From: a bacterium
GTDB taxonomy: Bacteria > Electryoneota > Electryoneia > Electryoneales > Electryoneaceae
Assembly (NCBI GenBank): GCA_963675295.2
Contig: CAXXKJ010000002.1
Span: 2,784,001 to 2,848,000, forward strand
Direction: 5' to 3'
DNA length: 64,000 bases
In this document: positions 9,085-18,143 of the stretch, piece by piece
Numbering within the stretch: position 1 is the stretch's first letter
Layout of the letters: the number at the start of each line of letters is the position of its first letter
The notes under the pieces: generated by a model
Database searches by the model: none
What the model was told of the DNA's origin: nothing
The model's input: the letters and a program-made list of their open reading frames with translations, nothing else
Position numbers and translations under genes: made by a program

Positions 9085-9148
9085 CATAACAACGGGAAAG
9101 GAGAAAAGGCATTCAGCAGCATGAAGTTTGGAACAGGGGGACAGGATC

Positions 9149-11608
9149 ATGTGTAAGCGTTGGACTGGAGTAGCTCTTGGCATTTTTTTGCTGGTTTCGG
9201 CAGGTATCGCTCAAACTGAAATCAGTGGTCCGCAAAGCGGAACCATCACAGCTGGCACGTACATCGTAGTCGGCAGCCTTTCAATCGTAAACGGTGAGTC
9301 ATTGACCATCGAACCGGGAACAACGTTTCTGTTCGATGGCGAACACGACTTTTTTGTTGGTTCAAACCGCACGTTGACCTGTGTCGGCACCGAAACGGAC
9401 AGCATCAAGTTTCTGCCGAATGTCGACAACGGCGTCACTGAGTGGGGGCACTTTTCGTTTATCAACTCGGGCAACGACGATCAGTTCGCGTATTGCTTGT
9501 TCTCTGGCGGGTGTTCTGAAAATTTTGGCGGTGCAATCGACTGCGCGAATTCAAGTCCATCGCTATCAAACTGTGTGATCCGGGATTGCATGGCAGACGA
9601 TTTTGGAGGTGGAATTGCATGCAGAGATGCTTCCGACCCGGTAATTGATCAATGCACGATTACTGGTAATTCGGCTTATGTTGGAGGTGGTGTTTACTGT
9701 TCTGAATCACAATCAACATTAACACAGTCATTAATCAGAGATAACAGTTCATATTCTGATGGTGGAGGCCTCTATTGCATTGATAATTCTGATTTAGGTG
9801 TATCAGACTGTATCTTCATCACAAATATCGCTGGTAGTAACGGTGGTGGAGTTTACTGCAATAATTCAATACCAAATCTTACGGCCTGCTCGTTTGATAG
9901 CAATCATGCTTTTTATGGAGGAGGTCTGTACTTTTATAACTATAGTAATGCGATAATCGAAAACTCATCAATAACAAACAATGTAGCTACTTCTCAAGGA
10001 GGTGGTATAATGTGTCATTTATATTCAGACTCTTTTATTAAATACTGCAATATTTCAAATAATACGGCAACAAGCAGCCATGGAGGTGGGATAAACTGTG
10101 GTCAGTATGCCGATGCTACCATTGAATATTGTACCATTGCCAATAATTTTTCAGGTGCACATGGGGGTGGTATTATCTCGGTAGGGTCTACTATCGATGT
10201 ATCTTGCTGTACTATTACTTCAAATACGTCAAATGCAAATACAGGAGGTATCTTTCTCCAACATCAAACGCCAAGTGTTGCAAATTCAATCGTATCCTTT
10301 AACACTGGTGTAGGTATTTATCTTGATGCTGGATCTCCTGAAGTCATGTTTTGTGATGTCTACAGCAACTCAGGAGGCGAATATGGAGGCAACGCACTTG
10401 ATCCAGATCTTGGTGTCATCGTCGGTGAGAACGCCAACGGGGATCCGTGCGACGCGTTCCACAACATCTCGATGGATCCGTATTACGTCGATGCTGCCAA
10501 CGGGGACTACCACCTGACGTACGGTTCGCCATGCATAGACGCCGGCGATCCGGACAGCCCGCCGGATCCGGACAATACCGTCGCCGACATCGGTGCGTTC
10601 CCATTCAGCCACGGACCCGCGATCCTGGTCACAGCCCCGACCGCCGGAACCGTCTTGATGCGAGGTGACAGCTTCGACATCACGTGGAACGACAACATCA
10701 CCGAAATGGTCTCGATTGAGCTGCACCAGGGGGGGAACCTGGTTGAAGTTCTTACCGACGGCACGGAAAGTGACGGCGTATACGAATGGGATATCACCGA
10801 GGACGGCCCGGTCGGCGATGACTTCACCATCGTCATCACCAGCACCACCGATCCGGGGGTAACCGACAGCAGCGATGAATTCACACTTGACGAACCACCC
10901 CTGCTGATCCTCGAACTGGTCGCGGATGACACCCTGATCGTGCCCCAGGGAGGTTCGTTTGAGTACGGTGTGATTCTGGAAAGCAATCTGGCAACGACGC
11001 ATATCGGGGATCTGTGGACGGAAGTGGATCTTGTGAGTGGGTACACGTACGGACCCATCTGGCTGTTGAGCGATATTTCCGTCGGGCCGAACACATCTCT
11101 GGTCGCTGAAGGCATCGGGCAGGCGATTCCGGCGACAGCAGCACCGGGCTATTACACTTTCCGGATCGAAATCGGTTACTTCCCCAGCTATTTCGTGTTC
11201 TCCGATGAAATCACAATTGAGGTTACCGAGGTACCCGTGGCTGGAATCAGCGGTTCAGAACCGGTCGATGATTGGCATGCGTGGGGGTACCAGGATGCGT
11301 TCAAGTTAAATATTGCTGCTATTGTGGACACCGAGCTCCCGGACGAATACAGCATGTCGCCGGCCTACCCGAATCCATTCAATCCGACCACGACTGTTTC
11401 CGTCAGCTTGCCGGAAACGGCAAGGCTGAAGGTGTCCGTGCTCAACATACTTGGCCGGAAGGTTGCTGAACTCGCTGACGGATCCTTCAGCGCCGGAGAA
11501 CACAATATCGTTTTCGACGCCACGAGACTTGGGAGCGGTTTGTACTTTATCCACGCTACCGTTCCTGGACACCTTGACCAGGTGCAGAAGGTGATGCTGG
11601 TGCGTTGA
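9149..11608 (+). CDS. Secreted right-handed parallel beta-helix (GGAI/GGGI repeat) protein with Ig-like domains and T9SS-type CTD
   Basis: Signal peptide; repeated N-x-A-xx-GGG[IVL]-x-C units; SPCIDAGDP and DIGAF motifs; YPNPFNP...QKVMLVR. Confidence 0.88.
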   Translation: MCKRWTGVALGIFLLVSAGIAQTEISGPQSGTITAGTYIVVGSLSIVNGESLTIEPGTTFLFDGEHDFFVGSNRTLTCVGTETDSIKFLPNVDNGVTEWGHFSFINSGNDDQFAYCLFSGGCSENFGGAIDCANSSPSLSNCVIRDCMADDFGGGIACRDASDPVIDQCTITGNSAYVGGGVYCSESQSTLTQSLIRDNSSYSDGGGLYCIDNSDLGVSDCIFITNIAGSNGGGVYCNNSIPNLTACSFDSNHAFYGGGLYFYNYSNAIIENSSITNNVATSQGGGIMCHLYSDSFIKYCNISNNTATSSHGGGINCGQYADATIEYCTIANNFSGAHGGGIISVGSTIDVSCCTITSNTSNANTGGIFLQHQTPSVANSIVSFNTGVGIYLDAGSPEVMFCDVYSNSGGEYGGNALDPDLGVIVGENANGDPCDAFHNISMDPYYVDAANGDYHLTYGSPCIDAGDPDSPPDPDNTVADIGAFPFSHGPAILVTAPTAGTVLMRGDSFDITWNDNITEMVSIELHQGGNLVEVLTDGTESDGVYEWDITEDGPVGDDFTIVITSTTDPGVTDSSDEFTLDEPPLLILELVADDTLIVPQGGSFEYGVILESNLATTHIGDLWTEVDLVSGYTYGPIWLLSDISVGPNTSLVAEGIGQAIPATAAPGYYTFRIEIGYFPSYFVFSDEITIEVTEVPVAGISGSEPVDDWHAWGYQDAFKLNIAAIVDTELPDEYSMSPAYPNPFNPTTTVSVSLPETARLKVSVLNILGRKVAELADGSFSAGEHNIVFDATRLGSGLYFIHATVPGHLDQVQKVMLVR

Positions 11609-11648
11609 TGCAGACAGGCTCCACAGATCGATTTTAAAGAGTCACTCT

Positions 11649-11688
11649 CGGCCACAGGTCAAATACCCCGACCATGTGGCCGTTTGTT
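11649..11688 (+). terminator. Probable terminator
   Basis: CGGCCACA-GGTC...GACC-A-TGTGGCCG-TTTGTT. Confidence 0.55.
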
Positions 11689-11961
11689 GCTCAGTGGCGC
11701 TTTACAGGTGTTTCTATCGCGAAGAATCGCAAGCATCTAGTGGATGGCTGCACAGTGAGCGCAGAGGATACGAGGTTCACTGAATGACCTCGAATCCGGT
11801 AGAGGCTATATTTTATATAGGATTACCCACTCCGTATTTGGTGCAAATGAGGTGCAGTGCGGACAACATACGACCACATTCAGCCACTTATTTCAAGAGC
11901 TAACCTATAGTATAATCAATCGTTAACAGTTGCGACTTGTTGTCGAATATTGGCGTGCTAA

Positions 11962-12007
11962 GACTGTTAATCACTAGGTTGGCGGTTCAAGTCCGTCCTG
12001 GGGAGCA
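11962..12007 (+). mobile_element. att-site remnant: 3' half of tRNA-Asn(GTT)
   Basis: GACTGTTAATCACTAGGTTGGCGGTTCAAGTCCGTCCTGGGGAGCA contains the anticodon loop, T arm and 3' acceptor strand. No D arm or 5' acceptor strand is present upstream. Confidence 0.8.
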
Positions 12008-12017
12008 AGAAGCAGAC

Positions 12018-12051
12018 AAGGGTCAGGCAAACGCCTGGTCCTTTCTTTTTT
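12018..12051 (+). terminator. Rho-independent terminator following the tRNA fragment
   Basis: AAGGGTCAGGC-AAAC-GCCTGGTCCTT followed by a T-rich tract. Confidence 0.75.
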
Positions 12052-12485
12052 CCGTTTCGACCGATCCAGAACCGCTCGACTTTCTTCGTACCGTTTCCAG
12101 CCAAGCTGTCTTGATGACACCCAAGGACACTCCCAAACCACTCCCTCAAGCCCTGAGTGCATGAGAACGAAAGCTGGCCCAAGTTAACGCACAACTGTCC
12201 CACATCGTGAAGAAATGAGGCACGGTATGGGTCTTTTCCCTCATACAAGATATGCCTGGCCTGGACGCATCCGAATTCCTTCTTTCCCGGCACGGACCAC
12301 CTTGGAATCCGACTTAGCCTTTACTTCGATTGGTGAATTCGTTACCTTCTTCACGAAGCCGTGACGGGTTTGTTCAGTGGTCACGGTGCACCGCAATTTT
12401 TGTCCCCTGCGATGCGGTCACAACCCTGTAGATTCAAAGTGTGCAGTCTGGTTTCTATCGTCCACTCTTGATGAAAAGGTCAACG

Positions 12486-14291
12486 ATGAAACACATTCTT
12501 TTCCTCCTCGCATTCGCAGTCTCCGCGTTTTCCCCAACATTCGCTCAAGTTCCAGACACCGTGTGGACAATGATCCATGGTGATTACGGCAAGAACATCG
12601 GCATGGATGTTGAGCAGACTCCGACTGGTGAGTTCGTCATTGCCGGCACGGCTCGTGTCACCCAGGATGACCCGCTCAACGGGGATGTCTGGCTGGTCAA
12701 ACTGGATGCAAACGGCAACGAGATGTGGACCAGCTACTTCGGTGGAGCGGGCGGCGAAGAAGGCCGGGGGATGGCTCCCGCACACGACGGTGGCTGGGTT
12801 GTCTGCGGTATGACGTATTCTTTCGGTGACCCGGACGTCGACGACATGTACTGTGTGAAAGCAGATGCAGATGGAAACCTCGAATGGGTGCGGACCTTTG
12901 GGGGTGACTACTCGGATGCAGGACGTGATGTCATTGCGACGAACGACGGCGGCTACCTGTGGGTTGGCTATACGCGCTCCTTCGGTGCAACACAACAGGA
13001 CATCCTGCTGGTAAAGACGGACGCGGATGGAAACGAGCAATGGCACCAGCTTTACGGCGGCAGTGAAAACGATCAGGGCTGGTCACTCGCGCAACTGGAA
13101 AATGGAAACTATGCGATTGCGGGACGCACGTGGTCGTATGGTGCTGGGGGACGTGATGCCATCCTGATGGAAGTCACGCCGACGGGTGAACAACTCTGGC
13201 AGCAAACGTACGGTGGTCCGGAAAAAGACCACTTCTATGAAATGCGTCCCACTCCCGATGGTGGATTCATCAACACGGGAAAAACAGAATCCTTCGGCCA
13301 GGGTGCGGGTGACGCATGGCTGATTAAAACGGACGCTGTCGGCGACGAAGAATGGCGCAGGTTCTGGGGCACAGAAGAACTTGAGTTCGGGCGAAGTTGT
13401 ACTCCCACAACGGACGGTGGCTATGCATTCTGCGGTGTGACCCATGTGGACGGAAATGTCGGCAATCAGCTCCTGGTGGCAAAAGCCAGCGCTGACGGTG
13501 AATGGGAGTGGTCTTTCACCATCGGCGGCAGCGACATGGAGGATTCATGGTGCATCCGCCAGACACAGGATTACGGGTACGTCGTATCCGGATTCAGCTG
13601 GTCGTATGGTAATGCAGAACGAAGCATGTTTGTCGTCCGCCTTGAATCAGATTATGGGGAAGTCTCAGCGAACCTGTCTGCGCCAACTGAACCGGTAGCC
13701 GTTACGCCTGAATCCACGTTTTCCTACACATGGGCTGTTCACAACAACACTTATGACCAGATCACAGGATATGACCTGTGGCAGGTCCTGGAATATCCTT
13801 CCGGGGTTCACGGACCACCGGAATTCATGTATTCAGACAACCTTGAGCTGGAACCGTTGACGGAAATTGGTCAGGACCTCCTGTACGAAGTTGGCAACTG
13901 GGTCCTGGGCACCTACAGTCTTCATCTGCAAGCTGGTCACTATCCGAACGTGGTTGACTCGGATGAATTGCAATTCATCGTCAGCGAATCCGGCACGGGC
14001 ACGGACCCCGAAGTGCTCATCCCGGAAACCTTTGCGTTGTCCAAGGTCTATCCCAATCCGTTCAACTCAACCCTCACAATTGCCGTCGATGTCGCCCAGC
14101 CCACGCAGCTCACGGTCAAACTCTTCGATGTGTCGGGACGTTTGGTGAAAACGCTGGTACGTGCTCCCGTAGCCCCGGGTCAACACCAATACAGTGCCCG
14201 CATGGATGATGTCGCGTCCGGAATGTATTTCCTGCTGGCTGAAAACTCACTCGGTGAATCAGCCACCGAGAAGGTTGTCCTGCTTCGCTGA
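12486..14291 (+). CDS. Secreted beta-propeller repeat protein with T9SS-type CTD
   Basis: Signal peptide MKHILFLL...AQ; repeats KxDAxGNxxWxxx[FY]GG and DGGY; YPNPFNS...KVVLLR. Confidence 0.85.
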   Translation: MKHILFLLAFAVSAFSPTFAQVPDTVWTMIHGDYGKNIGMDVEQTPTGEFVIAGTARVTQDDPLNGDVWLVKLDANGNEMWTSYFGGAGGEEGRGMAPAHDGGWVVCGMTYSFGDPDVDDMYCVKADADGNLEWVRTFGGDYSDAGRDVIATNDGGYLWVGYTRSFGATQQDILLVKTDADGNEQWHQLYGGSENDQGWSLAQLENGNYAIAGRTWSYGAGGRDAILMEVTPTGEQLWQQTYGGPEKDHFYEMRPTPDGGFINTGKTESFGQGAGDAWLIKTDAVGDEEWRRFWGTEELEFGRSCTPTTDGGYAFCGVTHVDGNVGNQLLVAKASADGEWEWSFTIGGSDMEDSWCIRQTQDYGYVVSGFSWSYGNAERSMFVVRLESDYGEVSANLSAPTEPVAVTPESTFSYTWAVHNNTYDQITGYDLWQVLEYPSGVHGPPEFMYSDNLELEPLTEIGQDLLYEVGNWVLGTYSLHLQAGHYPNVVDSDELQFIVSESGTGTDPEVLIPETFALSKVYPNPFNSTLTIAVDVAQPTQLTVKLFDVSGRLVKTLVRAPVAPGQHQYSARMDDVASGMYFLLAENSLGESATEKVVLLR

Positions 14292-14310
14292 TGAACAACT
14301 CGAGTAGACT

Positions 14311-15669
14311 ATGGACCGGCGTCAATTCGTAAAAACATCCTTCAGCACCACCGCCGCGCTGGCCCTGGCGAACCAGGGCTTTTCCCAACCGAATCAGCCA
14401 AATGTGCTCTTCATCGGCGTCGAAGATCTTAACGACTGGATCGGTTGCCTCGGCGGTCATCCAGACACGATTACACCCAATTTCGACCGCCTCGCAAACA
14501 TGGGCATGCTGTTCAGCAACGCCCATTGCAACGCGCCCGCATGTGTTCCCTCACGAACCACGCTACTTACCGGAATTCGTCCATCGACTTCCGGCGTGTA
14601 TGACAACGGCATGCACTGGCAGGACTACATCCCGGACGCGGTGACAATGCCGGTCCACTTCAGGGACCATGGGTACACCACGCGAAAAGCAGGGAAGATC
14701 TTCCATTTTGAGGAACCGACTTTCTGGGATGATATGGCGCCCTTTTCCCCGAAGGTCATACCCCCGGAAAAACGGTATAACGGTCTGCCACTGAAGCCGA
14801 ATGATCGCTTCGACTGGACAGCACTGGATGTTCCGGAAGAAGAGATGCAGGATTACAAGCATGCGGATTATGTCATCTCAACCCTTGAAAACCCACCCGA
14901 TCAGCCGTACTTCCTCGCTTGTGGATTTCACAGGGTACACACTCCCTGGTACTACCCGCGGAAATACATGGAGAAGTTCAATCCGAACGAGGTGACATTA
15001 CCACCCTACCTGGAAAATGACCTCGATGATGTGTCCAATATCGGTATCAGCTTCACCTACCCTGCCCTGTTCAACCAGGTGAAGAATTACAAGCAGTGGC
15101 ATGCGGGAGTGGCTGCTTATCTCGCGGGCATCAATTTCATCGACGCACAGCTGGGCCGCATCCTCGATGCCTTTGACGCTACCGGAGCGGCGGACAACAC
15201 CATCATTGTCCTGTGGAGTGATCACGGCTGGCATTTGGGTGAGAAAAACCACTGGAAGAAGTTCACCTTATGGGAAGAGTCCACGCGTATCCCGATGATG
15301 ATTCATGTTCCCTGGTTGACGACGGAGAACAGCTCCTCCGACCAGCCCATGAGCATGGTTGACCTCTTCCCCACACTCAATGACCTCTGCGGATTGCCGG
15401 ACATTGATCAACTGGAAGGTTCAAGCCTCGTTCCCTGGCTGAGCAATCCCAATTTGCAACGAGCGGAACCGGCGCTGACGACCTACCGCTACATGAACCA
15501 CGCTCTGCGTGACGACCAATGGCGTTTCATACGGTACAACGACGGATCTGAAGAGTTATACGATCACGATACCGACCCGAATGAATGGACCAATCTAGCG
15601 GATATCCCCGCCTATCAGCCAATTAAGGATGCCCTGAGTCAGTGGTTTCCGGAGGTGAATCACCCATGA
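14311..15669 (+). CDS. Formylglycine-type sulfatase (iduronate/choline sulfatase-like) with Tat signal
   Basis: MDRRQF twin-arginine leader; PNVLFI; CVPSR (CxPxR); GKIFH; SDHGWHLGEK; ELYD. Confidence 0.92.
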   Translation: MDRRQFVKTSFSTTAALALANQGFSQPNQPNVLFIGVEDLNDWIGCLGGHPDTITPNFDRLANMGMLFSNAHCNAPACVPSRTTLLTGIRPSTSGVYDNGMHWQDYIPDAVTMPVHFRDHGYTTRKAGKIFHFEEPTFWDDMAPFSPKVIPPEKRYNGLPLKPNDRFDWTALDVPEEEMQDYKHADYVISTLENPPDQPYFLACGFHRVHTPWYYPRKYMEKFNPNEVTLPPYLENDLDDVSNIGISFTYPALFNQVKNYKQWHAGVAAYLAGINFIDAQLGRILDAFDATGAADNTIIVLWSDHGWHLGEKNHWKKFTLWEESTRIPMMIHVPWLTTENSSSDQPMSMVDLFPTLNDLCGLPDIDQLEGSSLVPWLSNPNLQRAEPALTTYRYMNHALRDDQWRFIRYNDGSEELYDHDTDPNEWTNLADIPAYQPIKDALSQWFPEVNHP

Positions 15670-17168
15670 GAAAGCCGGCATTCATTCGTTTGTCAACGTG
15701 GTCAGCAAGCCTGCTCGTGATTCTCCTGCTGGTGGGAGTCGATTACGCGAACGATCACCGTAAGCCGCACACCGATCGTTCCATCACCACCCTGAACAGT
15801 GGTTCGGCTTACGATATCCTGCTCTCTGTCACGACTGTGTCAACCGATGAGTTGCTGCTGACGGGACGGACATCCTCACACGATGCCGAGCTCGTTGACG
15901 GCTACCTCGCCCTGACCGACAGTAACGGTGAGCCGGTATGGGAGGAAACGTTCGGTGGTGAAGCATGGGATGAGCTTCGTGTCGCCGTCGAGGGTACGGA
16001 TGGCGGCTATCTCGCGGCAGGAACATCTGAATCAACGGACAATGAAACCTACGACTTCTGGGTCGTAAAAGTAGACGCTGCTGGATCCCTCGAATGGCAG
16101 ACTATGTACGGATCTGACACGGAAGATGACCAGATTGACGCGGTCCTGCCGGCAGCAGACGGTGGATACTACCTCGCTGGTTTCACCAACGATGATCTGG
16201 ACGACAACAGGTCAAACGTCTTCCTGGTCAAGATTGATCAGAATGGACAACTCGAATGGCAAAACTCATATGGCAGCGAGCGAAATGATTATTGCAACGC
16301 CATTGCCTTCACAGGCGACAACCACCTTCTGCTCGCTGGCAGCACGTTTTCCTACGAGGACGAACACCGCGATATCCACCTCGCGAAGGTTGAACTTGAT
16401 GGAGATCTTGTATCTGAAACGTTGATCCAGATCCCTCATCCGCAGATTTGCAATGCGATGGTGGCAAATGCTGACGGATCGTTTACCCTCTGTGGCGAAA
16501 CCTATCCTGACGATGACACGGAATTCAGTTCCGCGTTTGTCGCAAGGATCGATTCCGATCTGCAACTCGACTGGATGAATACCTACGGCTCGAATGGTAG
16601 TTTCGCGGCGCAGGATATCGTGATCCGGCCGGGCGGCGGGTACTACCTCAGCGGACGTGCGACCCCGAATAACGAAGTTGCATTCGACGGGTGGGTCTTT
16701 ACTGTCACACAGAATGGCAACCTGGATGAATCGTGGGAATTCGGCGGTGGTGCCTACGAAGAATTCTACGGTATCGACCTCGTCAGCGGCGACATTCCGG
16801 TAGCCGTCGGCTATACTTCATACAGCGCGTCACGACTCGCTGATTTCTACATGGTGATTGATCTGGAAGACTCGGTCGAGGTCGGTGAAGAGCGCCTACC
16901 AATGATGCCGATGTTGATGCAGGTCTACCCGAACCCGTTCAATTCGACCGCGATGATCGAGCTTGACCTGCCGGTACGTTCTGAAGTACAGGTCGTGCTC
17001 TACGACATGCTGGGACGCGAGGTAACCGTTGTTGCAGATCAGGTCGCTGGACCGGGCAGTCAGCAGATTTCCATTTCCGCGGAAACCCTCGCCTCCGGAA
17101 CTTACATCGTCTATGCCAGCACCGACACCGGACATTCTGCCGCACGCAAGCTTACACTGGTCAAATGA
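15666..17168 (+). CDS. Secreted beta-propeller repeat protein with T9SS-type CTD
   Basis: Same repeat type as the 12486 gene; YPNPFNS...KLTLVK; ATGA overlap with the sulfatase stop. Confidence 0.82.
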   Translation: MRKPAFIRLSTWSASLLVILLLVGVDYANDHRKPHTDRSITTLNSGSAYDILLSVTTVSTDELLLTGRTSSHDAELVDGYLALTDSNGEPVWEETFGGEAWDELRVAVEGTDGGYLAAGTSESTDNETYDFWVVKVDAAGSLEWQTMYGSDTEDDQIDAVLPAADGGYYLAGFTNDDLDDNRSNVFLVKIDQNGQLEWQNSYGSERNDYCNAIAFTGDNHLLLAGSTFSYEDEHRDIHLAKVELDGDLVSETLIQIPHPQICNAMVANADGSFTLCGETYPDDDTEFSSAFVARIDSDLQLDWMNTYGSNGSFAAQDIVIRPGGGYYLSGRATPNNEVAFDGWVFTVTQNGNLDESWEFGGGAYEEFYGIDLVSGDIPVAVGYTSYSASRLADFYMVIDLEDSVEVGEERLPMMPMLMQVYPNPFNSTAMIELDLPVRSEVQVVLYDMLGREVTVVADQVAGPGSQQISISAETLASGTYIVYASTDTGHSAARKLTLVK

Positions 17169-17248
17169 TAGCGTAACCGTTGGCAGGCAGCAAAAACGCT
17201 TGAACGTACGCCTTCAAAGCCTTTGAACAGAAGCTTCGTTGTTGTACT

Positions 17249-18139
17249 TCACCAGATCCATGTGTAGCCAAACAGCACCGCAACCGCGATGTGTACGAAC
17301 ATGATAATGAACATGACCAGTGCGAACGGCCGGTGGATGACATGCCAGTGGTGGAGTGTTTTGCGGGCGACGTTGAGGAAGGCACGGCGGCGGATCAGCA
17401 GCGCACGTTTCCGAGCCAGCGCCACCATGTCGCTGATGTGAGTGGACGCCAGCTCGGTTTCGCTGGCGATTTTGCTTCGCAGAGCACGAACCCGGATGGG
17501 ACGTAGCAAATCCTGTCCGATCCAGCTGAAGACCGCGCCGAACCCCTGTTTCTTTCCTTTGTGTCCGCCGCTCATGGTGCGGGTGATCTCGGCGACGAGC
17601 TCATCGGTCATGCCGGGCAACGCGCGCATTTCGCCTTGCAGCGAGCTGTCTATCGTATCCAGCTCGTGTTCCGATAACTCCTGTCCGGAAAGGGTGCGCG
17701 GGATCTGCAGGTAGATGTACCGTCCGAGCACGCCGCTAAGCGCCACCGCCACCATCGACCAGTAGCTGACCGCGACGATTCCGCCAAACTTGAACGTTGA
17801 GTGAAACGTGATCAGCAACGGGCCGGTGATACCCATCCAGATATGCACATTCAGCCAGTGTGACAGTTTGCCGGCGTTCTGCAGCTGGCGCATGTTCTTC
17901 CGAGGGATGTACAGCAGCAGGAGCATCATCAGCAGGCTGCCGATGATGCCGAGGCCGTGCCCGATGACCCCGCCCGCCTTCCACGCTTCATGCAATTGCA
18001 TGTGCGGACGGTCGAGCCGATCCGCGGTATAGTAATCCCAGCCCTGCACAGCGATCAGCACCACCGCGGCGATGGTCACGCTGAACAGCGCGATCATCAG
18101 CATCCGGTGCGCGAGGGACGGTTTCTGCTCCTGGTTCAT
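17249..18139 (-). CDS. Polytopic inner-membrane protein, probable heme-b/quinone-interacting subunit
   Basis: About 5-6 TM segments with His in or near the helices (GHGLG, WLNVHIW, TFHST, WHVIHRPF, FVHIA); last gene of the cytochrome cluster. Confidence 0.7.
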   Translation of the reverse strand: MNQEQKPSLAHRMLMIALFSVTIAAVVLIAVQGWDYYTADRLDRPHMQLHEAWKAGGVIGHGLGIIGSLLMMLLLLYIPRKNMRQLQNAGKLSHWLNVHIWMGITGPLLITFHSTFKFGGIVAVSYWSMVAVALSGVLGRYIYLQIPRTLSGQELSEHELDTIDSSLQGEMRALPGMTDELVAEITRTMSGGHKGKKQGFGAVFSWIGQDLLRPIRVRALRSKIASETELASTHISDMVALARKRALLIRRRAFLNVARKTLHHWHVIHRPFALVMFIIMFVHIAVAVLFGYTWIW

Positions 18140-18143
18140 GCGC

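Noticed and set aside
11540-11608. Similar 3' ends of secreted-protein genes (also 1577-1640 and 28290-28350) as DGR template/variable repeats
   Set aside because: The differences are not adenine-specific, all copies are coding, and no reverse transcriptase is in the window. Ordinary paralogy.
11930-12007. Intact tRNA-Asn gene
   Set aside because: There is no 5' acceptor strand or D arm, and the anticodon stem pairs at only 2 bp. Treated as an att remnant.
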